Shown: positions 11,021 to 25,829 of the stretch, one piece after another
How the letters are laid out: each line of letters begins with the position of its first letter
Numbering within the stretch: the stretch's first letter is position 1
NCBI RefSeq assembly: GCF_018350175.1
Contig: NC_058368.1
Coordinates: 63,862,001 to 63,926,000, forward strand
DNA from: Felis catus
Taxonomy: Eukaryota
Length of the DNA: 64,000 bases
Reading direction: 5' to 3'
Translations under genes and position numbers: made by a program
The notes under the pieces: generated by a model
The model's database searches: none
What the model was told of the DNA's origin: nothing
Seen by the model: the letters and a program-made list of their open reading frames with translations, nothing else

Positions 11021-13639
11021 GTGAGTCTTTCTCCTGCATTGCCTGGACTATTCGAATTGTTTCCATATCGATCTCTCTGCTCCACCTTTGCTTTCCCTGT
11101 GTCTCTCTGAAAAAAAATGCAAGCTTCTCAGCATGATGTAGAAGGCCCGCTGTGTAGTGATACCTCCCCCTCCCACTCACCAGTCTTGTTTCCCTTCTCC
11201 TCACCTGCCCTCCCTTGCATTAACGTTCCAGATTGAAGAATGGCACCCATTCCCCTCAACCCTATGGGACCTTGAATATTCTACTATTTTCATGTAATCA
11301 ACAAACCCAGAAACTTAACCAGAGAATTCCCTGGGTCTTTTTCATCTCTTTATCCCTTATGCCTTTTAAACCGTCTGGCAATATTTGTTGAACTGAAATG
11401 ACCTCCGCGCTCCACAGTAGAAACTTCTTGATTAATGCACTGAATTACATTTAATTTCAGGCATTTACAATTTTTCATTGAATCTTAAATTACTAGCATT
11501 TCATATCTCCCATGAGAGCACAGCAAGACAATTGTAATAATCTATGATTCTTTTAATGAATGCGCAAAACGCTTCCATTTAAATTTTTATGTAGATAAAT
11601 ACACTGGCATTATTAATATTATATCTGCATTTATCTTAAGCCCAGTCAAAAATCCCATTTATCAAATTAGATTACTGGAAATAAGGACAAAGCAAAAATG
11701 ATAAACATTCAAGACAAATCTTTATAGAAGTGTATATAATCTACTCGACATAATTCTGGGAGTGGCCCTATGCCATGCCGTCCACCTTCCGTTCTCATTC
11801 AGGAAGGCAAACCTCAGGTGTTTGGGCTTCCTGTTTTGCATACTATTTGGTACCAGGGCAGCCTGAACTGCTTGGGGGTTGGGGTAGGACTGAGGCCGAC
11901 CGCCCACCCAGACGCCCTGTAGATTCCACACACCAATCTCTAGTTTACAAAATCCTCATGATTCATCTAAGAAGTTTTAAAAACTGCTTTCTGCTCTTCA
12001 CTAGTATTCTTTTTAGATGTTCGCAGTAGGCCTTTTTTGTTTTGTTTTGTTTTGTTTTTTGATAAAATGTTTCATGATCCTAAGTTTGGGGGAAAACTAC
12101 ACATAATATTCATCTCCTAGAGAGTATTGCAGGTTATGTCTATGCAGATTAGTGTGTCAAAGGCTCTGATAAATCCTGCTACTTAAAAATATCTGTCAAC
12201 TACTTTAAGAAAAGCATTTTCAATATATATTTAACCAAGACCCCATATTTGCCTGAATATGTTATGGATTTCTGCTAAAAACACTTTGGAAAATGCTGCT
12301 CAGAGGTATGTTTCATGATTTATTGGTGGCTTCAGCCACAAGGAAATTACTTTTGGGGAAAGTTGAAGGCAACGTAGGCTGGTATCTGGCCAGGCAGCTT
12401 CAAGTTTAGAGCTGGACTTTTGGCAGCCACGATCCTCGGATGGATCACCTCACATCAGGAAAGGGTCAGTCACCCTAAAATTTACCATGGGCTCTGAGAA
12501 CACAACCCAGGAACTGAATTCCTTTGAAACTCCATGTGAACTTGATGGAATTGTATTTTCCCAGGTTTAGCAATGTGGAAAAAGAAGACTAAACATTCTG
12601 TTGACCTTCTGAAAGTGGTCTCTGTCCATAGAGAGATCAGAATAAGCATATCTAAGATAAATATCTTTGCCTTATGTTATTCTTCTAACTTCACACTGAC
12701 CATTTTTATTCAATTTCTTAGCGATATAAACTGGGAATTATAATATTCACAAGGACCGGACCATTAGGATGAATTCTCTAGATTGGATCACACAGCAAAA
12801 GCAATGTAAAACTACCAGTTTAACACTATGTATTGTTTGGACAGGTGGTGTTCCCCCACTAACTTGGATGAAGATATAAATGCTTCGTAAATGTATTACA
12901 AATTCATAATATGTAATACTGATTAGAATGTGATATTTTCATCACTTCTTGATCAAAACATAATATAATTTATTAAAATGCACATCACAATTATCAGTGC
13001 CCTTGATAGAGGGTCCCTATTTCCATACTGGGATATTAGAAAGTCCAACTATGGTGTCCCAGCCCAGAAGATAATACATAGAATCTTTTCACCTTACTTT
13101 GCTGTTGGTTTTTCCTCATGCTGTCCATCAGCCAATGGGTTTTAGAAAAAAAGAATAGCAGGTATTTCCTAATGTATTTTATACAGAACAAGTCTTTCCT
13201 TGTTCAGAGATAGCAAGGGACATACCTACTTTCAATTTTACTAAACTGCCATGTTGGGAATATTAAGATTGATGAAAAGAAGAGACTGAATTAAGATTCA
13301 GAGCTAGAAAAATGCAAGTAAATGAAACACATACATTTAGTTTAATCTACAAGCAAAAGGGATATTTTGAAATAAAACAACTATAAGTAGTTTTACCTCT
13401 ATGAAACTTGAAATAAGGAAGGAAACATTCTGTTCTTTAATGTCTTGGTAACCAGAAGTGGTCCGATGATGGTAATACCTGTAACTTCTTCTCAGCTTTC
13501 CCTCTTTTCATATTTCTCACAGTTCCTAGCATAAAAATGAGTGGGGGTAACAGCAATGTCTTTTCTTCTTTCCTTTAATCACACCTTCTCTACCAATGAG
13601 TTCAGATTTCTGGGAAAATAAAAAGTGCTTTCCTAGAGT

Positions 13640-14290
13640 TACTTTCAAGGACACTTGTCACATCAGCATGCTAGAAATTGATTTTTTAGATTAAATTACC
13701 GCCTTATTTATATATATCCAAGACAATGTCTGAGCACCAGACCTATATATACAGTTTATTACTTTCACGTTTGCTCAGAATGTCTCAAAGACTCTTCAAA
13801 ACCCACAAATCCAGAACTGATCTTAACCATCTTGTCTCCCAAACCCAATTACTCTTTGGTTTCTTCTGGCTCAGTACATCTACCTAGAGACCTAGAAACT
13901 ACCCTTGACATCTTTGCCTTCACAATTTTTTCAGTCCTGATTCCTATTGATTGCACATCCTAATTGTATTTCAAATATGTCCTAGTGTCTTGTTTATAGC
14001 ACCAGCCATTATCTGGCTTGAGTGATTACATGCAGGTGTGTCCTTGTTAGACTAATTTTACTCAGTTTCCCCCCACTGCCCATCCCATCTTTTGGCTCAC
14101 CAGAATAGCATTTGAAAAACTCAGTTGTAACCTCATTTTTTTCAGGATTTAAAGCCTTTCATTGGTAGACTTGGTGAATCTCTTTAATATGACGATCAAG
14201 GACTCTGTATCTCTGACTGCCAAACATCTCTTAATTCTATTCCTCCACCAGCAATTTCCTTCCATCCTCAGCAATCCTGGAGTTCTTTTA
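13640..14290 (+). mobile_element. L2 fragment
   Basis: tgagcaccagacctatata...tgtctcaaagactcttcaaaacccacaaatccagaactga resembles the L2 consensus. Confidence 0.6.
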
Positions 14291-14639
14291 CAGATGTTGA
14301 TAGTCCAATTCCTTGAGATTCTATTGTACTGAAATAAAACCAGTAGTAGTATTCAAAGACACTGTACCAATACGTTTACATGTGTAGTACTGTTGTAACC
14401 ATAGCACTGTAAACAAATATCCAACAGTAGGGGGAATGCTGAACAAATTAGAACGCAAATGCACCAAGGACGAGTGTACAAGCATCATAGATCATGAATT
14501 TAAGCTACATCAGCTGATGTGAAAGGATTTTCATGTGATATTATGGAATTGAGAAAGTGAATGACTAGAAGCTTATAAAATATGATCCTACTTTTATAAA
14601 GCGTGTGGTTTTTATGGGGGCTATTTTTATTTTTTAGAA

Positions 14640-14858
14640 TTTTTACTTTTTATTTTTTTTTTAATATTTATTTTTGAGAGGGAGTGTGTGTGTGTTGGGG
14701 GGAAGGGTCAGAGAGAGGGAGACACAGAATCTGAAGCAGGCTCCGGGCTCCAAGCACTGTCAGCACAAAGCCTGACGTGGGGCTCAAACTGACGAACCAT
14801 GAAATCATGACCTGAGCTGAAATCTGACACTTAACCAACCGAGTACCACAGGAGCCCC
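14640..14858 (-). mobile_element. Can-SINE
   Basis: gacacagaatctgaagcaggctcc...caggagcccc. Confidence 0.93.
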
Positions 14859-14884
14859 TATTATATTTTTAAATTTTATTCTAG

Positions 14885-15101
14885 CTTTTTAAAAAAAATA
14901 TTTATTCGTTTTGGGAGAGAGCAAATGCATACACACGAATGGAGGGGCAGAGAGAGAGAGAGAGAGTGAGTCTGAGTCCCAAGCAGGCTCCACGCTGTCA
15001 GCAGAGTCCAATGTTGGGCTGGAACTCAGGAACCATGAGATCATGATCTGAGCCAAGATCAAGAGTCAGATGCTTAACCAGCTGAGCCACCCAGGTGACC
15101 C
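14885..15101 (-). mobile_element. Can-SINE
   Basis: cccaagcaggctccacgctgtcagc...ccacccaggtgaccc. Confidence 0.93.
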
Positions 15102-15699
15102 TGGGGGCTTTCTTTATTTTTATAAAAACATATGTATATGTGTATATATGTGTATGAGTTTATGTGCAAAGAGCATGAGCACGTAAACATGGGGAAACAA
15201 TGGAAATGGATGCATAATGATTTGCTGCACTTAATTATCTAGGAAGGAAAAGATGCGAGTGGCCATGGTAGGGAGAGTTGGACTTAGAGAAACAAGAAAA
15301 ATAATAGAAAAATATCAATGGCCTTAAAAAAATAGAATCCAGCATTATGATATGATTGCATTTGTGGCATATGTTGTAAATGTGTGTGTGTGTGTGTGTG
15401 TGTATCTCTATGTACACATACATAAGTTAGAAACATAAAACTGACATTTGTATATATCTAGTGACTTCTGGCTATGTTCCTGAAATAGGTCACATTTTAG
15501 TGTCAAAACGTTTTGCAGAGTTGTGTAGAATATAATTACAATTTAATATAATCAGATGATCTATTTAGTAAAATCAGACGTATATCTGCTTATACAGGTT
15601 AGTAAAACTGAGAAGAATGCTGTAGAAGGTTAGGCCTCAGCCAATTTGCCTGTGGGAGGTACCCACAATTAGGAATTGGTATGTGTTCTTCCAGACCTT

Positions 15700-16244
15700 T
15701 AAAATTCATTTATATGCATAAATAAATGTGATAATAGAAATATGTGATATTTTAATTTGAATACCATAAATGATATTTTACTCTCATTTTTCATTTTTTT
15801 ACTCATAGTATGTCTAGATATTTTCCTCATAACTCTTACATAGTATTTCAAATTATAATATACTATGACTATGCAGTCGTTAAAAAATGATGGACTTTCA
15901 TTTCTAATTTTTCATTATTCAAAATAAATGATTTATTGAGCATCTTTGTACATGCCTCCTTGTTCTGCACTGTAGTTGTGTCTTTAGCTAAGATACCGTT
16001 AAGTAGAATTGCTGGCTGGTAGAGAGAATATACTTTAAAAATTGATAAAAAAACAGCCAGACCGCCCCCTGCCAAGAGCAGATATACCCATTTAGACTTA
16101 GGCTAACAATGGAAGAGGTCATGTCCTTTTCAGCACCTTTGCCAATATTTGATACTGTCAACCTTTGAAATGTCTTCTAGTAGGGTGGATGAAAATTGTT
16201 TATAATTTCACAGGTACATATTGAGTCTGATTGGTTTTCATATG
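15700..16244 (-). mobile_element. Old L1ME-like fragment that hosts the younger L1 and resumes at ~23220-23400
   Basis: aagtagaattgctggctggt, cagcacctttgccaatatttgatactgtc and ggttttcatatgttt; continues gccatttgtg...tttgtccat after the young L1. Confidence 0.55.
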
Positions 16245-16670
16245 TTTTTTTCTTTCTTTTTGTTGTTGTTAATTCTCAAGTTAGCTAACATACAGTGTAT
16301 TCTTGGCTTCAGGAGTAAATTCCCATGACTCATCATTTACATACAACACCCAGTGCTCCTCCCATCAAGTACCCTCCTCAATGTCCATCACCCATTCCCC
16401 TCCCCTGACCCCACCCTCATCAACCCTCAGTTTGTTCTGTGTAGTTAAGAGTCTCTTATGGTTTCCTTCCCTCTCTGTTTTTATATTATTTTTCCTTCCC
16501 TTCCTCTATGGTCATCTGTTAAGTTTCTCAAATTCCACATATGAATGAAATCATATGATATCTGTCTTTATCTGGCTGACTTATTTCGCTTAGCATAATA
16601 CCCTCCAGTTCCATCCACATTGTTGCAAATGGCAAGATTTCATTCTTTTTCATTGCTGAGTAGTATTCCA

Positions 16671-16720
<50 letters not shown>

Positions 16721-19700
16721 TCTTCTTTATCCATTCATCAGCTGATGGACATTTGGACTCTTTTCCATAATTTGGCTATTGTCAATAGTGCTACTATAAA
16801 CACTGGTGTACTTGTGCCCCTTTGTATCAGCGCTCCCGTGTCCTTTGGATAAATTCCTAGTAGTGCAACTGGTGGGTGGTAGGGTATTTTTAAATTTTTA
16901 TTAAATTCTATTTTTAATTTTTTGAGGGAACTCCACACTAGTTTCCAGATTGGCTGCACCAGTTTGCATTCCCACCAAAGGTGCAAGAGGGTTCCCCTTT
17001 CTCCACACCCTCGCCAACATCTGTTGTTGCCTGGGTTAATTTTAACCACTCTGACCGGTGTGACATGGTATCTCAATGTGGATTTGATTTCTATTTCCCT
17101 GATGTTGAGCGATGTTGGGTATCTTTTCATGTGTCTGTTGGCCATCTGGATGTCTTTGTTGGAAAAGTGTCTATGTATGTCTTCTGCCCATTTCATCACT
17201 GGATTATTTATTTTTTGGGTGTTGAATTTGATAAGTTCGTTAGATTTTGAAACTAACCCTTTACCTGATATGTCATTTGTAAATATCTTCTCCCATTCCA
17301 TTGGTTTCCTTTTAGTTTTGTTGATCACTTCCTTTGTTCTGCGTAAGCTTTTTATCTTGATGAGTTCCCAATAATTCATCCTTGCTTTTATTTCCCTTGC
17401 CTTCAGAGACATGTCAAGTAAGAAGTTGCTTTGGCTGAGGTCAAAGAGGTTTCTGCCTGCTTTCTTTTGTAGGATTTTGATGGTTTCCTGTCTCAAATTT
17501 AGGTTTTTCATCATTTTGAATTTATTTCTGTGTATGGTATAAGGAAGTGGTCCAGTTTTATTCTTCTGCATGTTGCTGTCCAGTTCTCCCAGGACCATTT
17601 GCTAAAGAGACTGTCTTTTTTTCCATTGGATACTCTTTCCTGCATTGTTGAAGATTGGTTGGCCATATATTTGTGAGTCCATGAGTCCATTTCTGGGTTC
17701 TCTATTCTGTCCCATCGATCTATGTGTCTGTTTTTGTGCCAATACCACACTGTCTTAATGACTATAGCTTTGTAATACAGGCTAAAGTCTGGGACTGTGA
17801 TGCCTCCTGCTTTGGTTTTCTTTCTCAACATTATTTTGGTTGCTCGGGGTCTTTGGTGGATCCATACAAATTTTAGGATTGTTTGTTCTAGATCTGTGAA
17901 GAATGCTGGTGCTATTTTGATTGGGATTCCACTGAATGTGTAGATCGCTTTGGGTAGTATCAACATTTTAACAATATTTGTTCTCCCAATCCATGAGCAT
18001 GGAATGTTTTTCCATTTCTTTGTGTCTTCTTCAATTTCTTTCATAAGCTTTCTATATTCTTTTACCACTTTGGTTAGATTTATTCCTAGGTATTTTATGG
18101 AGTTCGATGCAATTGTAAATGGGATCAATTCCTTGATATCTCCTTCTGTTGCTTCATTATTGGTAGATACAAATGCAACCAATTTCTGTACATTGATTTT
18201 ATATCCTGCGACTTTGCGGAATTTATGTATCAGCTCTAGCAGTTTTTTGGTGGAGTCTTTGAGTTTTCGATGTAGATGATCATCTGTGAAAAGTGAAGTT
18301 TGACTTCTTCTTTGCTTTTTATTTTGTTTTGTTGTTGATTGCTGAGGCTAGGACTTCCAACACTGTTAAACAACAGTGGTGAGAGTGGACATCCGTGTTG
18401 TGTTCCTGATTTCAGGGAGAAAGCTCTCAGTTTTTTTCCATTGAGGATGATATTAGCTGTGGGCATTTAATATATGGCTTTTATGATATTAAGGTATGTA
18501 CCTTCTATCCTGACTTTCTTGAGGGTTATGCTGTATATTGTCAAATGATTGTTCTGCATCTGTTGACAGGACCATGTGGTACTTATCCTTTCTTCTTTTA
18601 ATGTGATCTATCATGTTGATTGATTTGCAAATACTGAACCAGCCATGCAGCCCAGGAATGAATCCCACTTGATCATGGTGAATAATTCTTTTAATATACT
18701 GTTGAATTTAATTTGCTGGTATCTTTTTGAGAATTTTTATATCCATGTTCATCAGGGATATTGGCCTGTAATTCTCCTTTTCAGTGGGGTCTTTGGTTTT
18801 GGAATCAAGGTAATACCGGCTTCATAGAATGAGTTTGGAAGTTCTCCTTCCATTTCTATTTTTTGGAACAGCTTGAGAAGAATAGGTATTAACTCTGCTT
18901 TAAATGTCTGGTAGAATTGCCTTGGGAAGCCATCTGGCCCAAGACTCTTATTTGTTGTGAGATTTTTGATAACTGATTCAATTTCTTCACTGGTTATGGG
19001 TCTAATCAAATTTTCTATTTCTTCCCCTTTGAGTTTTGGTAGTGTGTGAGTGTCTATGAATTTGTCCATTTTTTCCAGACTGTCCAATTTGTTGGCATAT
19101 AATTTTTCATAGTGTTCTTTGATAACTGTATTTCTGTGGTGTTGGTTGTGATCTCTCCTCTTTCATTTGTGATTTTATCGATTTTGGTCCTCTTTCAAAA
19201 AACCAGTTCTTAGATTCTTTGAGCTGTTGTAGTGTTTTGTTTTGTTTTGTTTTTGGATTATGTATTGTTTATTTCTGCTCTAATCGTTTTTATTATTTCT
19301 CTTCTTCTGCTGGCTTTGGGCTTTCTTTGCTGCTGCCTTTCTAGTTTCTTTAGGTGTGAGGTTAACTTATATATTTGAGGGCTTTCTTGCTTTTTGAGAT
19401 GGGGCCTAGATTGCAATGTATTTTCCTCTTAGGACTGCCTTTGCTGCATCTTAATGGGTTTGGACTGTTGTGTTTTCATTTCATTTGCTTCCATATATTT
19501 TTTAATTTCTTCTTTAATTTCCTGGTTGACTCATTCATTCTTTAACCTGGGACATTCTTTAACCTCCATGTATTTGGGGGCTTTTCAAATATTTTCTTGT
19601 GGTTGATTTCAAGTTTCATAGGATTGTGATCTGAAAATATGCATGGTATGATCTCAATCTTTTTATGATTATTAAGGGCTGTTTTGTGACCCAGTATGTG

Positions 19701-21966
19701 ATCTATTTTGGAGAATGTTCCATATGAACTCAAGAAGAATGTTTATGTATTTTTCTGCTTTTGGTTGAAAAGTCTGAATATATCTGTTAAGTCCATCTGG
19801 TCTAATGTGTCATTCAGAGCCCTTATCTCCTTATTGATTTTCTGCCTAGATGACCTGTCCATTGTTGTAAGTGGAATATTAAACTTCCCTACAATCACAG
19901 CATATTATCTATACATTTCTTTATGTTTGTAATTAATTTATTTATACATTTGGGTGTCTTCACATTGGGTACATAAACATTTATAATTGTTAGCTCTTCT
20001 TGACGGATAGACCCCTTAATTATGACATAATGCCCTTCTTCATCTCTTATTACAGTCTGTTTTCAAATCTAGTTTGTGATATAAGTATGGCTACTCTGGC
20101 TTTCTTTTGACATCCAGTCGCATGATAGATGGTTCTCCATCCCCTCACTTTCAATCTCCAAGTGTCCTCAGGTCTAAAATGAGTTTCTTGTAGGCAGCAT
20201 ATAAATGGATCTTGTTTTATATCCATTCTGATACCCTATATCTTTTTATTGGGGCAGTCAGTCCATTTATATTCAGAATAATTATTGAAAGATATGATTT
20301 AGTGTCATTGTTTTATCTGTTGATTTCATGTCTGTGGTGATGTCTGTGGTCCTTTGTAGTCTTTGCTGCTTTCCACTCACGGAGTTCCCCTTAGGATCTC
20401 CTGCAGGGCTGGTTTAGTGGTCATGAATGCCTTTAGTTTTTGTTTGTCTGGGAAAGCTTTTATCTCTCCTTCTATTCTGAATGACAGCCTTGCTGGATAA
20501 AGGATACTTGGCTGCATATTTTCCTATTCAGCACATTGAATATTTCCTGCCACTCCTTTCTGGCCTGCCAAGTTTCAGTAGATAGGTCTGCTACTACCCT
20601 TATGTGTCTGCCCTTGTAGGTTAAGGCCCATTTGTCCCTAGCTGCTTTCAGAATTCTCTCTTTATCTTTGTATTTTGCCAGTTTCACTATGATCGGCCAC
20701 GGTGTTGACCTGTTTTTGTTAATTTTGAAGGGAGTTCTCTGTGCCTCTTGGACTTGGATGCCTGTTTCCTTCCCCAGATTAGGGAAGCTATAATGTGTTC
20801 AAATAAACCTTCTTCCCCTTTCTCTCTCTTCTTCCTCTTCTTCTGGAACTCCTATGATATGGATATTATTTTGTTTCATTGAATCACTTAGGTCTCTAAT
20901 TCTCCCCTTGTGGTCTAGTAATTTCCTTTCACTCTTTTATTCAGCTTCAGTTAACATAATTTTATCTTCTATTACCTATTCTCTCCTCTGCTTCTTTCAT
21001 CCTTGCTGTCACTGTATCTAGTTTATTTTGCATCTCCTTTATAGCATTTCTTTCTTCTTTTGTGTTTATTTATTTTTAAGAGAGAGACAGAGCACAAGCA
21101 GGGGATGGGAAGTGAAAGAGGGAGACACAGAATCTGAAGCAGGCTCCAGGCTCTGAGCCATCAGCACAGAGCCCGATGCGGGCCTTGAACTCACAGACCA
21201 CGAGATCATGACCTGAGCCGAAGTCAGATGCTTAACCGACTGAGCCACCCAGGTGCCCCTCATTATAGCATTTCTTCATTCATTGTGACTATTTCTTAGG
21301 TCTTTTATCTCTATAGCAATAGATTCTCTGCTGTCTTTTATGCTTTTTTTTCAAGCCCAGCTATTAGTCTTACGATTTTTATTCTAGATTCTTGTTCAGA
21401 TATACTGTTTATATCTCTTTTGAGCAATTCTCTGGCTGTAATTTCTTCTAGATTTTCTTTTGAGGAGATTTCATCCATTTCATCATTTTGGCTAGGTTTC
21501 TGTCTTTTGCATGATTTAATAGCTTGTGTTATGTCCTATACCTGTGGGTACTACTATATTAAAAAGAGGTCATATGCTGTCCAAGGCCTGGCACTTCAGT
21601 AAGTGATTTTGGAGTGTGTTATGTACACTCTGTTGTTGCATATTTGGCTGCTCTATCCCACGGGTCAATTCTCTACAAAGCTTCTTCTTGCTCCTAATGG
21701 AGGATTGTTTGGACCTTCCACCAGATGTGCTTTGATTTGTTTGTTGAAATAACCCTGGAAAAAAGGAAAGGGCAGGGAGCATGATCCTATACAAAGAGAA
21801 AAATGAAAGGGATGGAAAAAAAAAAGACCAAGTAGAGAATGAAAGAAACTATAAGGCTTAACTCAGAGAGAGAATAAGTAAAATAAAGAAAAAGGAGATA
21901 TAGAGAAGGTATAAAAAGAATAGAGCAAAAATGGGGCAAGCATTAAACAAACAAAACAGAGAAAGG

Positions 21967-22004
<38 letters not shown>

Positions 22005-23186
22005 GTATATATGTATATATACATATACATATATATATACATATATATAATGAGAATTGACCCAAAATCAAATCAGAAGCTATGAGCCTGTTTCCAAAGG
22101 AAAAAAAAAAGAAGAAGAAGAAGGTAGAAAGAAAAAGAAGAGAAAAGAGAGGAGAAGAAAAGAAAAGAGAGAAACAGACTAACATACCAAACCACAGGAC
22201 AGTTGTCTGCTGGTACCCAGGACCGGTGGCTGTGCCAGAGGAGAGGCCTCTGGTTTGGTCAATGTCAATCTCACTGGGGTAGATAAGCAGTTACCAGGCA
22301 TGGAGGCACAGGGTTAGGTATAAGCAGGTCCTGCCTCCACTGGGGGGCCACTGTGCTCCTCCCTGAAGCCCCACCCTGTTGGTGATGGGGAGAAAAATGG
22401 CAACACCCCAGTCTGTCCTCCGTGGACCGGATGTCTCAAACCAGGCTGCTCAGGCAGCCTCACAGAGCAGTGCCGGGGTGGTCTGCTTGCCCTGCTCCAC
22501 AGTCTCAGGAGCCTTCTAGCTGCTGGGCTGGGATTCAAAACCCGATGTCTTAAAGGGGCCTGCACTGCGCAGATTCTGTTCCAGTGTAGTGCCACTCAGC
22601 CCTGTGGACAAAGGGCCTCTGGCTAGCACCTGCAGAGTCTTTTGTCCTTGGGGAGGCAATAAATCCTTTTCTTTCAGCAGTCAACGGAGGGGACAGTTGT
22701 CTCCCAGTGCACCTCCGAGGTTTCTACTGCATCCTGGGACGAGCTCCCTCTCCACCTGGCACGTGCACATGGTCTGCTCTGTCTGGAGAAAGGCTCGCAT
22801 TTTCGAAAACTCCGATCTTCGGGTCTGAGGCTGTTTGCAAAGTAGAAACTGGTACTTTCCGAATTTTTTATTCCTCAGACCATGATCCAGAGAGGTTTTT
22901 CTCTTGTGCTAACACAACGCTGCAATTCTACAGCCTCTCTGTCTTTCTCTCCCTTTGGTCTGTCCACATAAGTGGTGCCCTCCCCTCTGTGCCTACACTG
23001 TTTTATCTCCCCCAATTCCCATACATGCACCCCTGTCCCACCAAGATGTCTCCCTCCACCTGTGGAGATCTGTCCCTCCACAGATCGGTTTCCTGGGTGT
23101 TCCAGGTGTTCTGACCTTAATACAGCTGTGTTTGAGGGATGAGGAAAATCCTGGTCCCCCTACTCTCCTCCATCTTAACTCCTCCC
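16245..23186 (-). mobile_element. Full-length carnivore/felid L1 (~6.9 kb), ORF1 and ORF2 disrupted
   Basis: 5' end GGAGGAGTTAAGATGG at 23186. ORF1 remnants ~21486-20400 (KDKERILKAARDK..ADLSTETWQARKEW). ORF2 fragments ~20308-16738 (FSKIDHILGHK, PGPDGF-like [39 protein letters not shown]). T-rich tail at 16245. Many frameshifts and stops. Confidence 0.97.
21053..21259 (-). mobile_element. Can-SINE nested in L1 ORF1
   Basis: TSD ttatagcatttctt at 21039-21052 and 21263-21276. Confidence 0.95.
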
Positions 23187-23869
23187 TGTGTTTGTTTGTT
23201 TGCTTGTTTGTTTGTTTTTTGCCATTTGTGTCTGGTGTGGGTGCGTGTGTGTATGACTTATGTGACCTTAGCCTTTGTCCATCCACTTTTTTCATTTGGG
23301 TTGTTTATGGTTTTCAACTATTCTGAATAATACAAATTTGTCTATTAAATGTGTTTAAATTATTTTCCCAGGTAACAGTGCCTCTTTTTAAGTACTTTTC
23401 TAACAATTTCCTGACAATGAAATTTTCTGATGCATGAATGTTACATGGAATGTTCATTATAGGTCAGTGGTTATGAAAAATAAGAAAGGCAAAAAATCTT
23501 CACAACTTCTCAGTAAACAGGAAGGCACAATTGTAGACTTTGAGTACTCTATGGAAGGGAGTAAATTGTCCCCGGGATTGTCATTTGACTATTTCCAACA
23601 AATCAGAGAGTTGAGAAGAAATATATGAATTCATTTGAATAACTGTATTTTAGCTTTACCCTGGGGGGGCAGAAGGAGGCATTGACAGCTATTAGGAACA
23701 AAAAAAACAAAACAACAACAACAAAAAAAACAAACAAGAAATCAAAATACTTCCTCTGCTGTACTCTAAACTGCTTCAGGACAAATCTTATTGAGATGTA
23801 CAAACCAAATGTTTGCTAGGTTGGCAAATAACCTCAAATTGAGAGATCAAGGGTGATTAAATTTCACAG

Positions 23870-24350
23870 GTGATATTTTCAGTGACCCTTGAAAGATGGT
23901 AACATTTAGACAAGCTGAAATAAGGAAAGTACAGACTGAAAAGTACAGGGTAACGGGGGACAGTGAGTAATACCGTTCAGCTGAAGCACATAGTGTTTAA
24001 AGAGAGGTGCTCAGAAAATTTGAGGTTCACACTGTAAATTCACATGATATACTTTAGTTTCTACTCAGTAGGAAATGGGAGGAAGCACAGAAGGTTTGGG
24101 ATCAGAGAAGGAGTCTGACTGGAACTGTGCTTTAGGAAGATTAATCTGGAAGCATGGAGGGTAGGATCAAATCTGGGAGGATGCTCAAAAGAAAGGCAGC
24201 AAGGATGTCCTGCATCTATCCAAGGAAAAGCTAATGAAAGCCCATTGTGGGGTGATGGAAATCCCAGTGCCAAGGGAGAAGCAAAACGTAGGAGACCTGA
24301 TGAAAGCAGAATAGCCTTTGTTTGAACATTTTAAGCCTCTAGCTGATGCC
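23870..24350 (-). mobile_element. L2 fragment
   Basis: gtaggaaatgggaggaagcacagaagg...tgtgctttaggaagattaatctgg is typical antisense L2. Confidence 0.55.
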
Positions 24351-25574
24351 ATTTCTAAAGCAGCTTCAAACATTTTCAGCTTTGGAAAAGTGGAAGAATA
24401 TATGGTCATACTGCTTTATTCTTCTTTCTTATTTTCATCTAATTATTACATCTAGAATATGCATTTGGATGGCTTAGGATTCTTATTACTCCCTTTGATA
24501 AAGGCAATGGTTAAGTTTTGATTTTATGGCTCTAGAGATATTTCCATGCCTTAAACTTGATGTCAAGGTGTTTTTCTGTCCTTCCCTGTGGTTTCTTACT
24601 GCCCCAATATGGAGGTTGCACTGGCTGTCTGGCACTCTTCTCTTTGTTGGGAGAGCTTAGTAGTTGGTACGCTATCAGACTGTCTAACTCAAAAGGTTTA
24701 AAATGTCATACAGCCCAATGCTCATAGAAGGCAAAAAAAAAAAAAAAAAAAAAATCCCCCTTAGATTGTATTGCAAAAGGTAATTGAATCAAGCTTTACT
24801 TAGGATAACCAAGTTAGTATCCCATGTAGAATTCTATCCCATTCCTATCCTCTCAGGGTAGGATTGCTCTCATTTTTTTTCTCTCCACCAATGCTTCAAG
24901 GTCTGTGTACAAGGTTCCCTGCTGCCCCTGCTTCCTGGTGATTTTCTCTGGGCTCCTGTACATCTTACTGCTTCTCGTATTCTTTTGAAACATTACTTAT
25001 AGTCTATTGAGACATTGTTTGTATTGTATTGAAGTTAACTTCATATATTTATCAATTTGTTTCATCATTGGAAATTCTACCTCCCTAACTAGATTATAAA
25101 CTCCTAAAAGGCAAGACTTTAGAGGATTGGCAAACTATGTTCTAGTTCTAGTTTTTATTGCCCTTAATGATCCTTCAGTCTTAAAAGAGAAAGATAGCCC
25201 ACATTTGGAGACCTTTACAAAATCCCCTTAGTTGAATTAAGTGTGTCCATTTGGCCGATGTCACAATATGGACAGAGCTTAAAGTGATTTGCTTAAAGTC
25301 AGATTATACATTTTCTCCTAAAACTTGAAACTGGCAATTGCTCTAGTAAATCAGCATTCTTCTAACTGCCACCAGTGATGTGGCCAGCCTCTGCAGATGC
25401 TCTCAGATTCCACAACACTCCACACACTCCTATGTTGTTAAATATGTGTTCTGATTGCCTAGATCAATCTCATTATGCTTTGTTCCCCCATTGACATCAG
25501 TGACCATCAGGAATCCCAAACTCCAGTTATCCAAGATCATTATACCAACCTGTATATCTGATAATATGATTCTA

Positions 25575-25600
25575 ATTTTTTAAGTTTGTTTATTTATTTT

Positions 25601-25634
<34 letters not shown>

Positions 25635-25810
25635 ACATGTGCAAGTGGGGGAGGGAGGGAGAGAGAGAGAGGGAGGGAGAGAATTCCAAGCAGGCTGCAC
25701 ACCGTCAGCACAGAGCCCAATGCAGGGCTTGAACTCACAAATCATGAAATCATGACCTGAGAGGAAATCAGGAGTCAGATGCTTAACCAACTGAGCCACC
25801 CAGGAGCCCC
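25575..25810 (-). mobile_element. Can-SINE
   Basis: Head ccacccaggagcccc; TSD tgattcta on both sides. Confidence 0.95.
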
Positions 25811-25829
25811 TGATTCTACTTCTAATCAT

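Noticed and set aside
16738..20687. Long minus-strand ORFs (up to 286 aa) as host genes or an active L1
   Set aside because: They are fragments of L1 ORF1/ORF2 broken by frameshifts, stops and a SINE insertion, so the element is not retrotransposition-competent.
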